Shown here: positions 1 through 10,058 of the stretch, one piece after another
How the letters are laid out: each line of letters opens with the position of its first letter
Position numbering within the stretch: position 1 is the stretch's first letter
NCBI GenBank assembly: GCA_019056785.1
Contig: DXJV01000087.1
Span: 34,707-98,706 of the forward strand
Reading direction: 5' to 3'
Source: Candidatus Heimdallarchaeota archaeon
GTDB taxonomy: Archaea; Asgardarchaeota; Heimdallarchaeia; JABLTI01
Length of the DNA stretch: 64,000 nt
Made by a program: the position numbers and the translations under genes
Notes under the pieces: generated by a model
Database searches by the model: none
What the model saw: only the letters and a program-made list of their open reading frames with translations
Told to the model about the DNA's origin: nothing

Positions 1-15
1 ATCTAATAAAGGCAT
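1..15 (-). CDS. rps8: 30S ribosomal protein uS8, 5' end only (MPLLD...)
   Basis: ATG at 15 after a GGTGA RBS; MPLLD matches archaeal uS8 N-terminus; follows uS14 in conserved spc order. Confidence 0.7.
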
Positions 16-51
16 GTACCATTCACCTTCTATTCTTTTCGCATGGATGCT

Positions 52-234
52 TTATCCACCATGCCCTCCATAGCGTTTGAAGCCGATAGTATCTGCGACT
101 TCACGGAAGCAGCGTCGACAGAGGTATAAACCATGACGACGGATGAGCCCAACACGCGTTCCACATCGAGAGCATTGACGCGAACCTTTACCAAATTTTG
201 CTTCTCTTGGTTTTGTTCCTGAACCTTTAGCCAT
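52..234 (-). CDS. rps14: 30S ribosomal protein uS14 (zinc-binding)
   Basis: [11 protein letters not shown]...LCRRCFRE motif; synteny. Confidence 0.97.
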   Translation of the reverse strand: MAKGSGTKPREAKFGKGSRQCSRCGTRVGLIRRHGLYLCRRCFREVADTIGFKRYGGHGG

Positions 235-245
235 TTCGTTTTCAC

Positions 246-800
246 CTATTCTACAATTAGTCCAAGTTCGGTTTCAGCGAATACTATCGCTTCTTCTCTT
301 GAGATCCTGTGCTTCACAGGAATCTTCTTCGGGGAACGGAATCTTCGTTTTACCCGATAGCCTGGGCGTTCTAACCGTATTAGAACATCCAGTCCTGTTA
401 CCCCCAAATTTGGGTCGTATTTCGTGCCTGGAATGTCGATGTGCTCTCTTATACCAAATCCGAAGTTTCCTTCGCGGTCGAAAGCACGTCTAGAAATTTT
501 ATTATCACGAACATCAAACAATCGCGGAATGAGATCTTTGATTTTCTGTTGGTCCCGGATGGTGACCATTGCTCCAATGGGTTCGCCCTTTCGAATCCCA
601 AACTCTCGGAAAGTCCGTTTCGCCCTTGTTTCCTTCGTTTTCATTCTACTGATAGATTCAATGATCTTCCTGACACGCTCTAAAGCTTCTCCTGATTCTC
701 CAACACTACAATGAAGGATTAAAGAAGCGACCTTAGGTTTCCGCATGGGGTGTTTTTTCCAATCATTAAGAAAGTCGTCTTTACTCATTGCAGCTGCCAT
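246..800 (-). CDS. rpl5: 50S ribosomal protein uL5
   Basis: [33 protein letters not shown] motifs. Confidence 0.98.
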   Translation of the reverse strand: MAAAMSKDDFLNDWKKHPMRKPKVASLILHCSVGESGEALERVRKIIESISRMKTKETRAKRTFREFGIRKGEPIGAMVTIRDQQKIKDLIPRLFDVRDNKISRRAFDREGNFGFGIREHIDIPGTKYDPNLGVTGLDVLIRLERPGYRVKRRFRSPKKIPVKHRISREEAIVFAETELGLIVE

Positions 801-1555
801 TATTTACCAGCTCCTCCTTTTGCTTCTTCCCAGAAGGGGACTTTATCACCAACAACAAACACATATTCGGGAGTTGTTTGTACTTCCACCCCGTCAGATG
901 AAACTATTTTCACCGTTGAGGCACGTGGACCAAACCGCCATTGGAATTCTGTTATGGTGCCGGCTTTCCCAACGTTTCGTCCTGCAATTATGAAGGCATA
1001 TTTTCCTTCTTTGAAGGGGTAATGTGCCAAGATTTTTTGACTTGGAAGTTCAATTACAATAGTGTCCTTTGTCATGTATTTTTGTTCGATACCTTCTTCT
1101 TTTGGCAATAGGATGTTTCTTCCATCGTGAAGGTTTAATTGCAATTGTCCGCCCTTAATAGTCGTCTTATTGAGGATTTGACAGGCCTTTTGATTCCTTG
1201 GCCCCTTTTTAATTTCATAGGGAGCCAGAACGTGCAAGTAATGGGGTAAAAGACGGAAGCTTTTATTGATCTGGTCGATTTGTATAACATCCATTAAACC
1301 AACAGGGAATTTTGGATTGGTTACTACACGACCATCCACTTTCACATAATGCTTGTTAAGGATAAACTTTAGTTCATGAGCTGTTTCTGCAAGTTTCAAA
1401 ATATCACGTAAGAGGATGCCAATAGGAACGCTTTTATCTTTGCTGTGAGGACCGGGATCCGCTCGAAAAGCAAATTTATGCTTCTTCCGGGGGAGCACCC
1501 AGTTACGTGGGGAGGCTATCCGTTTCTGATGTTTTGAACCACCTGATTTTGTCAT
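800..1555 (-). CDS. rps4e: 30S ribosomal protein eS4
   Basis: KHQKRIASP, PGPH, FPVGLMDVI, QLNLHDGRN; start moved to ATG 1555 (MTKSGGSKH). Confidence 0.97.
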   Translation of the reverse strand: MTKSGGSKHQKRIASPRNWVLPRKKHKFAFRADPGPHSKDKSVPIGILLRDILKLAETAHELKFILNKHYVKVDGRVVTNPKFPVGLMDVIQIDQINKSFRLLPHYLHVLAPYEIKKGPRNQKACQILNKTTIKGGQLQLNLHDGRNILLPKEEGIEQKYMTKDTIVIELPSQKILAHYPFKEGKYAFIIAGRNVGKAGTITEFQWRFGPRASTVKIVSSDGVEVQTTPEYVFVVGDKVPFWEEAKGGAGK

Positions 1556-1571
1556 TTTTTTCTCAATCCTG

Positions 1572-1994
1572 CTAACTTGATTCTTCAACAACCTCTTCTT
1601 CTAATTCCTCTTCTTCGAGGGGGAGGCGTCTCTCGACAACAGCTTTTCGGCCTTTGTCTCGCATATTCTTCAAATTAATGATCTCACAATTGCATGCCCG
1701 AACTGGAAAGTGTTGAGCCGAGCCATCTGTCTTCTCAAAGGTTACCCCTTCAACAGTAAGACGCATCGCTCGATAATCAACTTTCGAGACCTCGCCTTCT
1801 ATGCCTTTAAAAGAACCCTTCCGAATACGAATGGTGTCACCTTTTCGGACAACCAGCTGTTTTACGCCCTCTTTTTCAGCTAGTGCCGGAGCAAGGGGAG
1901 CGGTTAGGATCTTTCGTCGTTTGTGTAATGGCGCGGTGTAAAGTTGCTTTCGTTTTTTGGAAGGACGTTTTGTGAGTGAAGCTTTCCGTTTCAT
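1572..1994 (-). CDS. rpl24: 50S ribosomal protein uL24
   Basis: PSKKRK..YTAPLHKRRK, KOW motif VRKGDTIRIRKGSFKG. Confidence 0.96.
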   Translation of the reverse strand: MKRKASLTKRPSKKRKQLYTAPLHKRRKILTAPLAPALAEKEGVKQLVVRKGDTIRIRKGSFKGIEGEVSKVDYRAMRLTVEGVTFEKTDGSAQHFPVRACNCEIINLKNMRDKGRKAVVERRLPLEEEELEEEVVEESS

Positions 1995-2013
1995 CTTTTT
2001 TCAACTCCTGAGA

Positions 2014-2430
2014 TCAAACAATAGTGCTGGCAGCATGTGCCACTCGAGGCCAGCGTTCTGCCGCTTCTTTAGCGACAGGACCCCTAATTTCGCTTCCACG
2101 AGGGCTTCCCTCGGGACTGGAAATAACTGCAGCATTATCTTCAAATTGTACCCACAGACCATTTGGTCTTCGATACATTTTCCGCTGACGGATCACTATT
2201 GCAGGTAAGACTTGTCGTCTCATTTGAGGAGTTCCTTTTTTGACTGAAACAATCACCATATCGCCTATGGAGGCTGTGGGGTAACGATTCAGTCGACCTT
2301 TGAAACCTTTAACTGCAATAATCTCAATTACTTTCGCACCGGTGTTATCAGCGCACGTTAACCGTGTGCCAACGCTAACACCCTTGCTGAGTCTTGGGAG
2401 AGATATTCCGGTTACTTTTCTTCTTGACAT
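2014..2430 (-). CDS. rpl14: 50S ribosomal protein uL14
   Basis: [27 protein letters not shown]; start moved to ATG 2430. Confidence 0.98.
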   Translation of the reverse strand: MSRRKVTGISLPRLSKGVSVGTRLTCADNTGAKVIEIIAVKGFKGRLNRYPTASIGDMVIVSVKKGTPQMRRQVLPAIVIRQRKMYRRPNGLWVQFEDNAAVISSPEGSPRGSEIRGPVAKEAAERWPRVAHAASTIV

Positions 2431-2452
2431 TTTTCCATACTCCTCAAGTATT

Positions 2453-2800
2453 TCACTGTTCTTTGCCTTCAGTAGGCTGCTTTTCTTTTGCAATTACAAC
2501 ATAAGCAATAGTCTTGCTTAATGGTCGACATTCCATAATTTTGACGATATCACCTTCCCGAGCATCGATGCAGGGAGGATTATGAGAGGCAATTGTGCTG
2601 TGCTTTCGTTCATATCGCTTGTATTTTTTGACGAAAGAGAGGTAATCTCTTCGAACGACTACAGACTTTTGCATTTTATGGCTGACAACTGTGCCAGTCA
2701 GAATTCTTCCTCGAACACGCAAGCTTCCATGGAAGGGACAATTTACATCGTTACAAACTTTTTCTGGTTCTGGAACATCAACGCCAATATATCTTGACAT
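2453..2800 (-). CDS. rps17: 30S ribosomal protein uS17
   Basis: [32 protein letters not shown]. Confidence 0.97.
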   Translation of the reverse strand: MSRYIGVDVPEPEKVCNDVNCPFHGSLRVRGRILTGTVVSHKMQKSVVVRRDYLSFVKKYKRYERKHSTIASHNPPCIDAREGDIVKIMECRPLSKTIAYVVIAKEKQPTEGKEQ

Positions 2801-2808
2801 CTTTTCTT

Positions 2809-3117
2809 TTACCACCTTTTACGAATACTTTTTTTCAATCTATTTTCTGGTTGTCCTTTTAATACCCAGCCTTCAACATCCACCTGCTCGCCAGATGGGA
2901 GAGTAAATCGGAATATGCAGTCTTTTTTCGGGACCTTTATGCGTTGGCGTTGTCCAAGAGTAGCAGTGGGAAAGGGTTCAATAACCAATAGGTTTTTCGT
3001 CTCGTCAATGACAAGCCCTTTTAGACCTATTCGTTGTTTGTCTGTTGCGGAGAGTATTTCAATAGTCAAACCGATCAACTCATGTTGGTGGATATTTTCA
3101 GGGGTTTGTGGACTCAA
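2809..3117 (-). CDS. rnp1: Ribonuclease P protein component 1 (Rpp29/Pop4)
   Basis: HELIGL, GLVIDETKN, VPKKDCIF motifs; canonical position between uL29 and uS17. Confidence 0.93.
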   Translation of the reverse strand: MSPQTPENIHQHELIGLTIEILSATDKQRIGLKGLVIDETKNLLVIEPFPTATLGQRQRIKVPKKDCIFRFTLPSGEQVDVEGWVLKGQPENRLKKSIRKRW

Positions 3118-3317
3118 AGTTCACCATTCTCTTTCATTACAGTTAATATTCTTGCGATGGTCTTTTTCACTTGTTTAACCTTGGTGGGCTTTTCAAGTGA
3201 ACCACCGGTTGCAATCCCTGCCCGTAAAACGGCAAGGTCCTTTTGCAATTTTGTTAATTGATACTTTCGCTGTTCAGCGCTCATATACCGAATTTCACGC
3301 ATTCTCAGAATTGGCAT
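3114..3317 (-). CDS. rpl29: 50S ribosomal protein uL29
   Basis: MPILRMREIR...KKTIARILTV. Confidence 0.95.
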   Translation of the reverse strand: MPILRMREIRYMSAEQRKYQLTKLQKDLAVLRAGIATGGSLEKPTKVKQVKKTIARILTVMKENGEL

Positions 3318-3320
3318 GCT

Positions 3321-4565
3321 TCATTTCTCCTTCTTTTTCTTCTTGTCTTCGGCAGATTTCGCTTTCGTCTCTTTTTTTGTTTTAGAGGAGGTTGTTTTTC
3401 CCTCTTTTTTCGCTGTTTTTGTGCTTGTTTCAGCTTTTTTCGATTGGCTCTTCTTAGCAGGAGCAGCAGCATCTTTTTCTTTAGTACTCTTCTTGGGCTT
3501 CTCAGCCGTTTTAGCCGGAGCTTTTTTCTCCTCGCTTTTCTTCTTTGCTTTCGTAGGTTCTTTCTTTGCTTTTGCAAGCTCTTTCTTTGGCTCAGCTTTC
3601 TTCCTCGGTGCAGCAGCTTTTGTCGTTGGTTTTTCTTCTGGTTTCTTTACAGCGGGTTTCTTTGCCGCGGCTTTGGCTTTCTCTTTTTTCGCTGCTGGTT
3701 CTTTTTTCTTAGCTTTCTTCTCTTCACCCGGTTCTTTCTCAATAAGCTCTGATAGCTCTTCAACCTCTAAGTCGAGAGAGGTCTTTTTCGCAACGGGTGT
3801 CTTTTCTTCTTTAACAGCGACTTCTTTTTCTTTTGGAACTTTTTCAGCCGGGGCTGCAGCTTTTTCAGGAACCGCTTTTGCTTCCTCCGGCTTTGCAGCT
3901 ACAGGTTTTTCTTCTTGTACGACTTCCGCTTCTTCTTTTGGACTAACCTCTGTAGTGGGTTCTTCCAGTTTGACGGATTTAATGGTAATTTCATCAGGGA
4001 GGTCAATATCACCACGCATAATGCTAACTGTCACACCAATCGTGCCCAATTTCATTATAGCAGTAGCATTAGCAGTTTTCACATATTGAGTACCCACTTC
4101 TCCACTCTTTGCAAGAAAGCCCATTCGATAAGCTTCATGCCGAGAGCGTTTACTGGTAAGCTTGCCCGAGATGATAATTTCGCACCCTTTTGCGCCTGCA
4201 TTAAGAACACGTCGAAGGACAGAATAGGCGGCCCGACGGCGATGCACCCCTCGCTCAATGGCAGAGACAAGTGTATACGCCATAACCTTCGGATTAAGTT
4301 CGGGATTGACCACTTCTTTTACTTCGATTTGTGGGTTGTCAATTCCATATTCATTTGCTAAGATGTCAGTGATCATACGGATGTTTTTTCCACGACGACC
4401 AATGACAATACCGGGTCGTGAAGCATAAATGGTGATACGTTCACCGAGAGGTGTTTTAGTGATTTCCACACCACCATATCCTGCTCTTTGTAGTTCTCTT
4501 GCTAAGAATTCATCAATTCTCGCTTGACGAACGCCTTTCTTAATGAAATGATTAACAGCTGTCAA
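3321..4565 (-). CDS. rps3: 30S ribosomal protein uS3 with ~215-aa low-complexity C-terminal tail
   Basis: KH domain RPGIVIGRRG, GAKGCEIIISGKL; probable TTG start at 4565 behind GAGGT. Confidence 0.97.
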   Translation of the reverse strand: MTAVNHFIKKGVRQARIDEFLARELQRAGYGGVEITKTPLGERITIYASRPGIVIGRRGKNIRMITDILANEYGIDNPQIEVKEVVNPELNPKVMAYTLVSAIERGVHRRRAAYSVLRRVLNAGAKGCEIIISGKLTSKRSRHEAYRMGFLAKSGEVGTQYVKTANATAIMKLGTIGVTVSIMRGDIDLPDEITIKSVKLEEPTTEVSPKEEAEVVQEEKPVAAKPEEAKAVPEKAAAPAEKVPKEKEVAVKEEKTPVAKKTSLDLEVEELSELIEKEPGEEKKAKKKEPAAKKEKAKAAAKKPAVKKPEEKPTTKAAAPRKKAEPKKELAKAKKEPTKAKKKSEEKKAPAKTAEKPKKSTKEKDAAAPAKKSQSKKAETSTKTAKKEGKTTSSKTKKETKAKSAEDKKKKKEK

Positions 4566-4569
4566 TATT

Positions 4570-5031
4570 TTAGACCTCTTCAATTGCTATCTCAATATGA
4601 GTTAAGTAATTATATTTCGGGGACGATGACCCTTGAGCGCGGGGGAAGAACCGTTTGACGATCATTCCTTTTTGAGAGCAAGCATGAATAATCTTCATTC
4701 GTTCTACATCCAGCCCTTTAAACTCTGCATTGTTTTCAGCGTTTTCAAGAACACTCAGAATCATCTTTGCCGCCTTCACAGGATAGCGACCAGCAGGCCA
4801 TTTTGAAAGATCTTTCCGATGAGCGACGTGTTTCTTGTGGCGTTTATAAGGAATAGAACGTTTCATTTTAATGACATCCTCGAGATATTCCTTTGCCTTG
4901 TCAAGAAACATGCCCTTAATATGGTTGCAGATCTCTCGTGCAGCCTTTGGACTGATATCAGCTTCTCTTGCACTGGCAATGGCTGTACGATCCGGGTCTA
5001 AGCCGAAAATCGAATATCCAAATTGTGGCAT
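4570..5031 (-). CDS. rpl22: 50S ribosomal protein uL22
   Basis: ISPKAAREIC, GRYPVKAA, NAENNA, PRAQG. Confidence 0.98.
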   Translation of the reverse strand: MPQFGYSIFGLDPDRTAIASAREADISPKAAREICNHIKGMFLDKAKEYLEDVIKMKRSIPYKRHKKHVAHRKDLSKWPAGRYPVKAAKMILSVLENAENNAEFKGLDVERMKIIHACSQKGMIVKRFFPRAQGSSSPKYNYLTHIEIAIEEV

Positions 5032-5104
5032 TTACATTTCCTCGTATTGTTAGTACTTTTTCTCAATAATCGTAAAGACGACTACATTCATTTTTTTCGA
5101 ATTG

Positions 5105-5270
5105 TTTGGGGGGTAAACCCAGTCTTTGATTCATACTTCAATCCAGCGAATCACTCATAGGCAGTTGATTCCTGGAACCTCCAAGAGGCGCGACTCCCCT
5201 TCTGCATAAACTTGTGCAAGGTCGGAGCCCAATTATGCACACGCTTAGATAAGTTCAGCGCTGCAGTAAT
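5105..5270 (-). ncRNA. Candidate structured leader or ncRNA upstream of the ribosomal protein operon
   Basis: GC-richer intergenic stretch with several hairpins; TATA-like TTTTTAAA on the minus strand near 5290-5297. Confidence 0.35.
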
Positions 5271-5539
5271 CTGAAACAAGAACAGTCTCTTTAAAAATCT
5301 TGTGTCATTTTTCAGCAAAAAAAAGCAAAAATAAACAAAGTAGAAAACTACTAACAGTAAGGGAAAATGCACCCACAATAATTACTTTCTAAGCTCTTTT
5401 TCTGGCTAAAAACAAGTTTGTGAAGAGAAAGGATTAAATAAGTTAGAAAGTAGCTAATAATAATCAAGAAGTATTTACAGCGCGAAAAATGAGAAATGTC
5501 TTTGAAGCATTTTGATTTACGAGCCGGGGGCAATTTAAT

Positions 5540-5836
5540 TTGTCAAAGAATATAAATGATTATGTAATAAGAAGAAAGGATGGCTTGAAAATCTGCAAAA
5601 TTTGTCAAGCGATTATTCAAGATGAAATGGATCACATGAAACGCCGGCATCCAAAATATTTGAAATATCTCGAGAAAAGAGAAGAAAACGAAGAACGATA
5701 TATGTGTTGCTATTGTGGTTTATGGGTAAAAAATTGGAGAGAGCACATAAAACAACAACACCCGGAAATTATCGCAGAAGCCGCAAAAAGAGTGAAACCC
5801 GAACCTGAAGAAGAGGAATTTGAATTTACTTTCTAA
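5540..5836 (+). CDS. Small protein with two C2H2-type zinc fingers
   Basis: CKIC-x9-H-x4-H and CYC/CCYC-x9-H-x4-H repeats, acidic tail. Confidence 0.75.
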   Translation: MSKNINDYVIRRKDGLKICKICQAIIQDEMDHMKRRHPKYLKYLEKREENEERYMCCYCGLWVKNWREHIKQQHPEIIAEAAKRVKPEPEEEEFEFTF

Positions 5837-5926
5837 AAACTAAATCCATAAAAGGGCAAAAAAAAAGAGGAAAAAGAAACACTTGGTAGTGCTTACCAGA
5901 ATGTTTCACATGGAGAGCCTTTTCAT

Positions 5927-8002
5927 TTAGGGTGCAACCTGAGAATATTTCCTTGTAATGGCAAATGATTTGAACTCAAAGCCTGTGCCGGTATAACCTG
6001 CTTTTCCAAAGAATTCCACCCACTGCAAACGCAGGGTTTGAATAAAGGAAAATAGCCCCTCAAGAGCAAGGATTACAAGAGCACCAATAGCAACTCCAAC
6101 ATAATTTAATGCACCCAAGTGATGCCCATCACCTACAAAATCTGTGAGTAAGAAAACATGTGAAAGTGCACCATGAACTGCATTCATTGCGAAAATTCGC
6201 GCATAGCTAACGGTATGGGAAAGTGTAGAAAGAAGGATGTCCAAAATTTCACCAATGCCATTAAACCCATGTGTTACTAGATAAATGGAGAGAATGATAA
6301 TTGGGCCGACAAAAGCTCCTAAAAAGAACCATAGTGAGCTGCCTATTTTAAAGAAGGGGATTTTCTGCCCTCGCCAAGATAAAAGCGCTAAATCAAAGGT
6401 TCCTGAGTTTGTAGCGGAAAACCAATTCATAAAGTTCGACCCGAAAGTAAAGACAAGAATGAATAATGCCCAATGCATAATTGCCCACATTAATGTGACC
6501 AGAAAAGCTTCTTTATAATGTTTATGTTTGATATTTGTCAGGAATCGCAAAATATAACCAATAGTCATATGGGTCATCCCAATGAGAAGCGATAATTCGA
6601 GCATTAGAATAACAGATTTCGCCCCGTTGTGTAACTCATTACTTTCAGGGCTGAACCACAAAGCCTTTGGTGCCCCATATTCATGAGTTATTCCAAAGTA
6701 TGAACCAAATAAAACACCAAAGATAATAGCTGAAATACCTGACACAATAATGAGCATCGCGCCTGATTTGAAATACCCTTGAATTTCACCCATAAAGTTA
6801 TTGGCATTCAGTTTCTTGTTCCTAAGAGTCAAACCATAAATTCCAAGAAGTGTAAATAATGCGCCATGACCAACATCCGCAAACATAATACCAAACATGA
6901 TTGGGAAAAAAATTTGAAGTATAAGAGCAGAATTAAATTCATTATAACCAGGAACACCATAAGCATTTACCAATGTCTGATAAACTCGAGCAAATTTTGG
7001 TGTAGAGGTCTTTGTCGGAAATTCTGACTCTTCAAAAACAGGTTTAGAAAATTCAATCACTCCGGTTTTCTCAGTTGCAGTGAGAATTGCTTTTTCAATT
7101 TTACTGGTTTTCTTTTTAGGAAGCCAGGCCCAAAAAGCAATATTTCGCTTTGTCGATCGAGTCATATTCTTGATTCGTAAAATATTCTCTTCAATTAGTA
7201 ATTGCTCATAATAAGCAAGAATGAAAGCACCTTTTTCTTCAATAATTTTCTCTGCATCCAAATGATATTCTTTTATTTTTGCCTCTAATTCCTCAATTTT
7301 CCGCAGGCTTTTTTCTTCCACTTTTTTTGGCTCACCAGAAATTCGTTCCGGAATGGTTATCTTTTCAAAGTCATAAGCTATTAATAACCGGTTTACATCT
7401 TCCTGGTATCTTTCCAAAAAGCCAATAGCCAGAAATGAGTAATTGCCCTCTGTTGAGGACTCTCGAAGGACAAAATTGCTATCTGTTATCGCATCAAGGT
7501 TCCATTTAAATCGGGGAAGAAGTTTCGTGTTGATACGACCAAAAATCATAGTGAAATATGGACGTTCCTCATCTAAATCTTCGAAGCTAAAGCCAACGGT
7601 TGCTAAATTTCGAGAAATGTCTATAATAGATTTGTTTTTTTGTAACTCTCGTTCTGCAAGAGAAATGCGATCGTTTAGTTGTTTCAGCTTAATAATATAT
7701 TCCTTATAAAATTGCTGTAATTGTTTTAAAACGTGCTTTGAATCGCGATCATCAATTTCTACCTTCTTTACTCTTTTCCCTACACGTTTTTCTACTTCAA
7801 AATCTGCAATTACTTGCTGAAACTCTTCCAAATATTCCTTGATCATTGTGCCATGTTCGTAAGAGGTGATATTAAATGGCTTTTTTTGAATATCGATTAT
7901 TTCAATATCCTCACAACTTGAAATGAAACGAAGAAGATTTCTTGAGTATTCAAGGGGAGCAACAACTTTTACTGTCAGCATTCTTTCTGGGACAAAGCTC
8001 AT
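5927..8002 (-). CDS. atpI: A/V-type ATP synthase subunit I (a)
   Basis: YGVPGYNE, FGIMFADVGHG, SYARIFA, LRLQWVEFF; start moved to ATG 8002 behind AGGTG. Confidence 0.96.
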   Translation of the reverse strand: MSFVPERMLTVKVVAPLEYSRNLLRFISSCEDIEIIDIQKKPFNITSYEHGTMIKEYLEEFQQVIADFEVEKRVGKRVKKVEIDDRDSKHVLKQLQQFYKEYIIKLKQLNDRISLAERELQKNKSIIDISRNLATVGFSFEDLDEERPYFTMIFGRINTKLLPRFKWNLDAITDSNFVLRESSTEGNYSFLAIGFLERYQEDVNRLLIAYDFEKITIPERISGEPKKVEEKSLRKIEELEAKIKEYHLDAEKIIEEKGAFILAYYEQLLIEENILRIKNMTRSTKRNIAFWAWLPKKKTSKIEKAILTATEKTGVIEFSKPVFEESEFPTKTSTPKFARVYQTLVNAYGVPGYNEFNSALILQIFFPIMFGIMFADVGHGALFTLLGIYGLTLRNKKLNANNFMGEIQGYFKSGAMLIIVSGISAIIFGVLFGSYFGITHEYGAPKALWFSPESNELHNGAKSVILMLELSLLIGMTHMTIGYILRFLTNIKHKHYKEAFLVTLMWAIMHWALFILVFTFGSNFMNWFSATNSGTFDLALLSWRGQKIPFFKIGSSLWFFLGAFVGPIIILSIYLVTHGFNGIGEILDILLSTLSHTVSYARIFAMNAVHGALSHVFLLTDFVGDGHHLGALNYVGVAIGALVILALEGLFSFIQTLRLQWVEFFGKAGYTGTGFEFKSFAITRKYSQVAP

Positions 8003-8153
8003 ATTTTTACACCTATTCATAGTCTCAAGTGTTTTGAAAAGAGCTCTAATAAAAAATTTGTGGATGTTCACAAAATTAATCGAAACAGAGAAAGCTAAAA
8101 AGAAAGAGAAGAAAAACAATCATAGAAAATGATTTTCCTGTTTGGTTGGAAAA

Positions 8154-9440
8154 TCATCCAAGTTCGTTAGTAAGAAGCTTTCCTAAGCGTGTGATTCCTT
8201 CGTAAATCTCATCTTCTTTATTATAAGAATAGCCTAAACGCATAGAATTTGTTTTGGCTTGGGATGAGACTAACTTGCTTCCGTCTTCTTCTAAAGCCCA
8301 ACCCTTTATGGGGTAAAAAGCAGCACCAGGAACAAACATAATGTCATTTGGTATTGCAACATCAATCAAGAATTGTTTGGAATTGAACAGTTTCTCGGAC
8401 TCATACCAAACAAAAAATCCACCATTTGGTTTAGTGTGTTTTCCTGCTGGAAAGGTTTCTTCGATGCCTTTTAGCATTGCTTCGGAGTTCTTTTGATATG
8501 TACGTAAACATTCAGGGAGGACCTTGTCGATATATTTCTCATAATAAATAGCCATAATCTTTTGAAGGATAGTTGGAGAGCAGAGGTCGAGATACCCTTT
8601 ATCTTTTAACACCTCGTCTTTCAGACCTTTAGGCAGGACAGAATATCCCATCCGTAACACAGCAGCTTCCTTAGATGTTGTACGTAAATAAGCAACTCGA
8701 TTGTTTTCTTTATCCAATGATTTTATTGGTTTAATGGATTCTCCTTTAAATTGGATTTCTTTGTATGCTTGATCTTCGATAAGAAGAAGATCATATTTTT
8801 CTGAGATATCAAATAAAGCTTTTCGGCGCGCCCATGGAAGAGTTGTTCCCTTTGGATTATCAGAATCAGGCACGACATACAAGATTTCTGGTTTCTTCCC
8901 AAACTTCTTTTCCGCTAAGGGTATTGCTTTCTCCACAAATTCAGGGATAATACCATCCAGATCAGTTGGGATGGTAACAATTTCAGCACCCATTTTGAAT
9001 GCAGGAGCAAGAAAGCCCAAATAAGCAGGGCTCGGGGTGAGAATGACATCACCAGGGTCGATCATAGTATCCAAAATAGCATACAGAGCTTGTTGGGAGC
9101 CTGCCGTTAAAACAACATCCTTCCAGCCGCTTTCTTCGTCGAGGTATAAGCCATCAATGCGTCTCATTCGGTCAGCTAATACGCGCAAACAAAATTCTTG
9201 CCCTCCAGTCGGCCCATAGTTCCATAATGAGATGGCTTTTCCGTATCTTCCTTCGTCGTAATCACGCTTATTTTCTTCACTGATTTCTACCAAAATATCT
9301 GATAATGTTTCAATTGGCAATGCACCTGGTAAGCCACCACCGAAATTCCACTTCACTTTGTATTCTAAAAGAGCTCTAATTTCAGATGGGGGTAACAGCT
9401 TCGTCCATATCGCAAAATCAAATCGGTTGTTTTTAGTCAT
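8154..9440 (-). CDS. PLP-dependent class I aminotransferase (ARO8/LysN-like)
   Basis: FGGGLP, TAGSQQAL, NPKG, IEDQAY, TTSK...LRMG. Confidence 0.92.
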   Translation of the reverse strand: MTKNNRFDFAIWTKLLPPSEIRALLEYKVKWNFGGGLPGALPIETLSDILVEISEENKRDYDEGRYGKAISLWNYGPTGGQEFCLRVLADRMRRIDGLYLDEESGWKDVVLTAGSQQALYAILDTMIDPGDVILTPSPAYLGFLAPAFKMGAEIVTIPTDLDGIIPEFVEKAIPLAEKKFGKKPEILYVVPDSDNPKGTTLPWARRKALFDISEKYDLLLIEDQAYKEIQFKGESIKPIKSLDKENNRVAYLRTTSKEAAVLRMGYSVLPKGLKDEVLKDKGYLDLCSPTILQKIMAIYYEKYIDKVLPECLRTYQKNSEAMLKGIEETFPAGKHTKPNGGFFVWYESEKLFNSKQFLIDVAIPNDIMFVPGAAFYPIKGWALEEDGSKLVSSQAKTNSMRLGYSYNKEDEIYEGITRLGKLLTNELG

Positions 9441-9603
9441 GATTTTTTCAACCTGTTAATTGGTGATAACTTTCTAAGTAAATTATAACCTTCAATTTTT
9501 GATTCTAATTTTTTAAACATATACTTCTCAAGAGAGTTAAGATTAACCCTTTAAAAAAATGTTGATTATTAAGAATTAAAAGAATTTTGTAAGAAAAATA
9601 AGT

Positions 9604-9628
9604 AAAAAACGGCACAGAGATTAGCCGT
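9604..9628 (-). terminator. Hairpin plus T-tract downstream of atpK
   Basis: ACGGC/GCCGT inverted repeat followed by a T run on the minus strand. Confidence 0.4.
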
Positions 9629-9701
9629 CTTTAGAGTGCACTTGGTTATTGGGTGTTGGTTTATTGAGCAGCCTTCATGCATTCAACTTCGAATCTAGAT
9701 T

Positions 9702-10058
9702 TTAAGAGATATTTCCTACCAATACAAATGCAATAACAAATCCATAAATGGCAATAGCTTCAATTAATGCCAAAAGGACAAGCATTTTTCCAAAGGATTC
9801 TGGCTTTTCGACAATGGCAGCAGCAGCAGATGCAGCAGCCGTTCCAAGACCTAACGCAGCACCAATGCCGGTCAGTCCAATCGCTAACCCAGCACCAAGC
9901 GCAATGAGACCTGATTCTGACTCCGCGAGGATGGAGAAATCTGCTCCGGGTGCTCCACCGCTAAAAGCTACAACCACTCTAACGATGGCAGTAATACCAA
10001 TTGCGATGACTACTACTTGAATTGCAATAAAGATCTTTTTTGCTATTGATAATTGAAT
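9702..10058 (-). CDS. atpK: A/V-type ATP synthase proteolipid subunit K (c), probable ATT start
   Basis: GxxxGxxxG helix, EKPE loop, carrier Glu in LIEAIAIYG; open frame extends to ATT 10058, 7 nt after GGAGGT. Confidence 0.93.
   Translation of the reverse strand: MQLSIAKKIFIAIQVVVIAIGITAIVRVVVAFSGGAPGADFSILAESESGLIALGAGLAIGLTGIGAALGLGTAAASAAAAIVEKPESFGKMLVLLALIEAIAIYGFVIAFVLVGNIS

Noticed and set aside
3258-4089. Long plus-strand ORFs (257 aa, 164 aa) rich in Phe/Ser/Ala
   Set aside because: Antisense shadows of the low-complexity uS3 tail.
5100-5290. RNase P RNA, SRP RNA or known riboswitch
   Set aside because: No GAGGAAAGUCC/ACAGAA P4 motifs, no SRP helix-8 motif, and no TPP or fluoride consensus on either strand.
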